A stretch of 64,000 bases of DNA from the NCBI GenBank assembly GCA_000320545.1, contig ADNK01001072.1:1-64000 (forward strand), written 5' to 3'. The notes beneath the pieces were generated by a model that saw nothing but the letters and a program-made list of their open reading frames with translations, was not told where the DNA came from and ran no database searches. Positions 60,673-64,000 of the stretch are shown one piece after another. The position numbers and the translations under genes are program-made. Each line of letters starts with the position of its first letter. Position 1 is the first letter of the stretch. Source of the stretch: Bigelowiella natans CCMP2755 (Eukaryota; Protista; Cercozoa).

Positions 60673-61247
60673 ATCAATGAAAGAATGGGTGTGCGATGTC
60701 GCTGTCACTGAGATGATGGTTCAATGATCCCTCTTCGTCTCTTTTCCTTCTGTCCTCTTTCTGTTCGCTGCTCTTGGTCGTTTAGATGAGAATTCGCAGC
60801 GGGCAAATGCTGTAGGAGGAGAAGGGATGATAAATTTGCTTCAAGCGACAGGTTTTGTGTGATTAGTAGTAATAGTTGTTGCACGTGGTACCCTTATTTT
60901 TTTTTCTTTGGTATATTCTTCTTCCTCCCCATTGTCCTCACTATTGTCGCCATCGCGCTTGTCCCTGCCCATTTGCTCCGCAGTGATGATAATATCTGCT
61001 GGTGGAGCTCATGCAGACAACAAGAACAAGGAACTCTTCAATATGCACGTAATTACCATCCCGCCGTCATCGTTATTGCGAGTATACGATGTGTTGTGTG
61101 AGCGTGGCTGATGATTGGTCGATGGGCTATTATTTCACTTCTTTTTACCCATTGTCGCTCCAACAAACAGCTGGGTCCTATATCGTATGAGGACGAATCA
61201 CCGTCTTGCCGTTCTCTGGCTCCGAGGAAGAATGAGAAGGTTCATGT

Positions 61248-61284
<37 letters not shown>

Positions 61285-61559
61285 TTGGTCGGCTCTCCTC
61301 TGATCGATTACAACGAACGACAACATGATGCTGTGTGTTTGTGTGTGTGTTTATGTGTGTGTGTGTGTGCAGATGAGGAGAGAGTTTGGCCTCTTGAATA
61401 ACGAAATCATTGGGAGAGGACAGGGGCTGTTAGAAGGAGGAGGAGGAGAGGAAAGTCGCCGCCAACGCATTCTCGCTCTCCACTCCCCACCATCGAAGTG
61501 ATAATTTCGTGCGTATGGCATTTCACGATGAAAGGATTCGATGTTAATTAATTAACAAG

Positions 61560-62330
61560 CAGTGAGCGCATAATCACAACCTGTGCATGCACACATACTG
61601 CATAATGGCTGCGATGGTTCATCAGCCAGAAGCACATCTAGAGACTTTGGCTATTCTCTTGCTCCAGTCATCAGTTTTATCTAGTTTTATCTAGACCGTA
61701 TTGTAATGTGTGTTATGAATGAGTTGTGATGCATATATGTCGCACTCAACCACTAGCACATAGCGGACACTGCTGGACTACCTAATAGCTGTACTTTTGT
61801 CAGTAAATATGCATACAGCAGGCATATCGAGATATATTATAGCTAGATAGCTTCGATCGTAGCAACGTAACGACACAACATGTAGCATGCTAGCATGGCA
61901 CATGCACACATAGATATGTGTACATCCAAAAGATGAGGAGATGTGCGAACGTCTTGCACAGCTATGCATGACGATGACTATTCGATCTAGCTAGCTAGCT
62001 AGCAGTGTAATGTTATATTACTCCTAGACTTACACACACAAATGCGACGCGTATGTATAGGCATGCATTCAGGGCCGCATGTGTAGAATTGCCAACCGTG
62101 TCGCAACAACATGCTCTAGTGCTTGCTAGCTTGTCGTTCTAGCGTTGCTGTCCGTACACTGCATCGATATCCTGCCGCACACCTCTAGACCTATCTAGCT
62201 ATATATACTTAGCTTGTCTTGCATGCACAGCATTATCGTCTCATCACGTGCTAGCGTGTCGTATAATATCGTGGCAGACGTTGGACGTAGCTTTTCCAAT
62301 AGTACCACAATTTTATGTTGCATTATGTAG
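61560..62330. other. CTAG/GCATGC-rich intergenic tract
   Basis: Examples: tctagctagctagctagc at 61987-62003, gcatgctagcatgg, ttgctagcttgtcgttctagc. Confidence 0.7.
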
Positions 62331-62639
62331 CATCATAAATGAAACTGAGGCTTCAATTGCGGCGACGACATCATGAGATCCTGGCTCGCAGGACTTGTAA
62401 TCATATTATCTTCTAAAATTCTCGACTCGGCCTCCCGAGCCTAGTCCATTAAATACAAGTCATGCGTGTAGTGGCAATGAATAAAAGGTATATTCTAACG
62501 CGTGCAAGCGGTGTGCATTATAATTGACAAAATACCTCAGAGCATCATCATCATCATCATCATCATCATCAGCTATAACATCATCATCATCATCATCATC
62601 ATCATCGTCGTCGTCGTCGTCGTCATCATTCCTTTCTTA

Positions 62640-63208
62640 CCTTGTTGACACTGGTGACAATTGTACGATTGGACTGCCCGAACTTAAACTCGAGAAATCG
62701 CTCCTCGCCTATCGGCGTAGACGCCTGGCAATCAATCCACAAACATAAAACGACGTGATTCCTCAGGAAAGGCTGTTAAATGGTCGCGGCACTATTCCTC
62801 AACATCAGCACTCACCGTGGCCCCCTCAACAAAATCGTAAAGCTCCTTCAAACTTCGTATCCGTGTGTTACCGACGTACTAATGCCCCGCCAATAGTAGA
62901 AGGAAGCAGAGAAAAAAGGACAGAGAGCTTGTGCGTTAGTGACAAGTGAATAGAAGCGAACGAGGAATAATCGGTGAAAGACTATGAAATCACGAACAAC
63001 GAAGGCAACAACCAATCGGGTAATTTCTCTCTGCCGTTTCTATGCCAGAGCTGTGATCATCGCCATCACTTGGTTTTCCGAACTATTTGGCTCACTATTC
63101 TAACCTTAAGAAGCTGGTGATGACACTCGAAATTTGTCGTCAGCTCCGAAGTGAGGACATGGGATAAAACTACGGCCTTTTATTTTTATTTGCGAGAGGA
63201 GCGAGTGG

Positions 63209-63251
<43 letters not shown>

Positions 63252-63470
63252 TAAGAAGCGGCGAGGATGAAGTCAGCGGATGTTTGTTGTGATAATTTAT
63301 TCCTCCTCCTCCTCCTCCTCCTCCTCCTCCTCCCCCCTTCCTCTTCCTCTCCCGTCTCTACCTCCATAACAATCAAACAAGTACCTACCTGCTCACCGTC
63401 AAACTCGGGTGTGCCTAATCCACATAGATCATGCCCGACAACGTGAGAATAATCATGTGTTATCAGCACC

Positions 63471-63501
<31 letters not shown>

Positions 63502-64000
63502 TGCGCGCGCGCGCGCGCGCACGCAACACACATGTCTGCATGCAGGTGTAAGAGTGTTTGCCTTTGAATCATGACTACTCATATTCTAGCTGCAAGACCA
63601 CCGTCACCACTTACCCAATAAGGCCACATTCAAGATGTCTAACGGCGTGTAGGGGTTATCCTACCATCACATCATCATCAGATCTTAACACGCTTTTCGT
63701 TCAAATACTGCTGCTGCTGCTGATGTTCCAGAGATGAATGAAGAGGCGTGATAGCGTGCATACGTGCGTGGGCATGGATGAGCAAAGAGCCTACCTCCCA
63801 GTGCGATCCAAAGCAAGTGGCCAAATAAGGATGCGACAACACCGTAAACACCTAGTGGGCGTAACGTGATATTTAATTAGAAACAATCGTTTGAGGACAA
63901 CGAAAATTGGATGATGATCCAGCATCCTTGCCACATCATCACATACACAGCATATTCACATCATCGTCATCATCATCATCATCATCATCATCATCACTAT
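62640..64000 (-). CDS. 3' fragment of an unidentified multi-exon gene entering from the right edge
   Basis: Short coding-like blocks bounded by AG/GT on the minus strand between SSR introns (e.g. about 63385-63455, 63615-63660, 63795-63850); frame not resolvable. Confidence 0.3.

Overview
Intron-rich eukaryotic nuclear DNA, most plausibly from a complex-plastid alga such as a chlorarachniophyte. That assignment is an inference from signal+transit bipartite leaders, a ubiquitin-NiSOD fusion and very many short introns. About 14-15 genes were reconstructed by eye from exon fragments: plastid-targeted oligopeptidase A (partial), ubiquitin-NiSOD, FHA-kinesin-13, two orphan membrane proteins, a Rad21/Rec8 kleisin, a plastid phosphate translocator, ALG5, a signal-peptide ankyrin-JmjC (JMJD8-like) gene, a DUF268 methyltransferase-like ER protein (HDEL), an SDR, a CAP-Gly-RCC1 protein and several unassignable genes. 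The most striking signal is a 7.1-kb Copia LTR element (36041-43152, TSD ACATT, CG...CG termini). Its transposon-derived DNA has been almost completely stripped of TpA dinucleotides (TA to TG/CA on both strands; no TA in 1.9 kb and 1.1 kb stretches; no Tyr in a 617-aa Gag-Pol ORF), while an intact intron-containing host-type gene inside it is untouched. LTR-versus-LTR differences show this continued at DNA level after insertion. The same signature appears in a 71-bp tandem duplication and in CTAG/GCATGC-rich tracts downstream of gene 3' ends. Together these point to a possible reverse-RIP-like, region-targeted A:T to G:C mutator. Exon boundaries are manual and approximate; no database searches were run.
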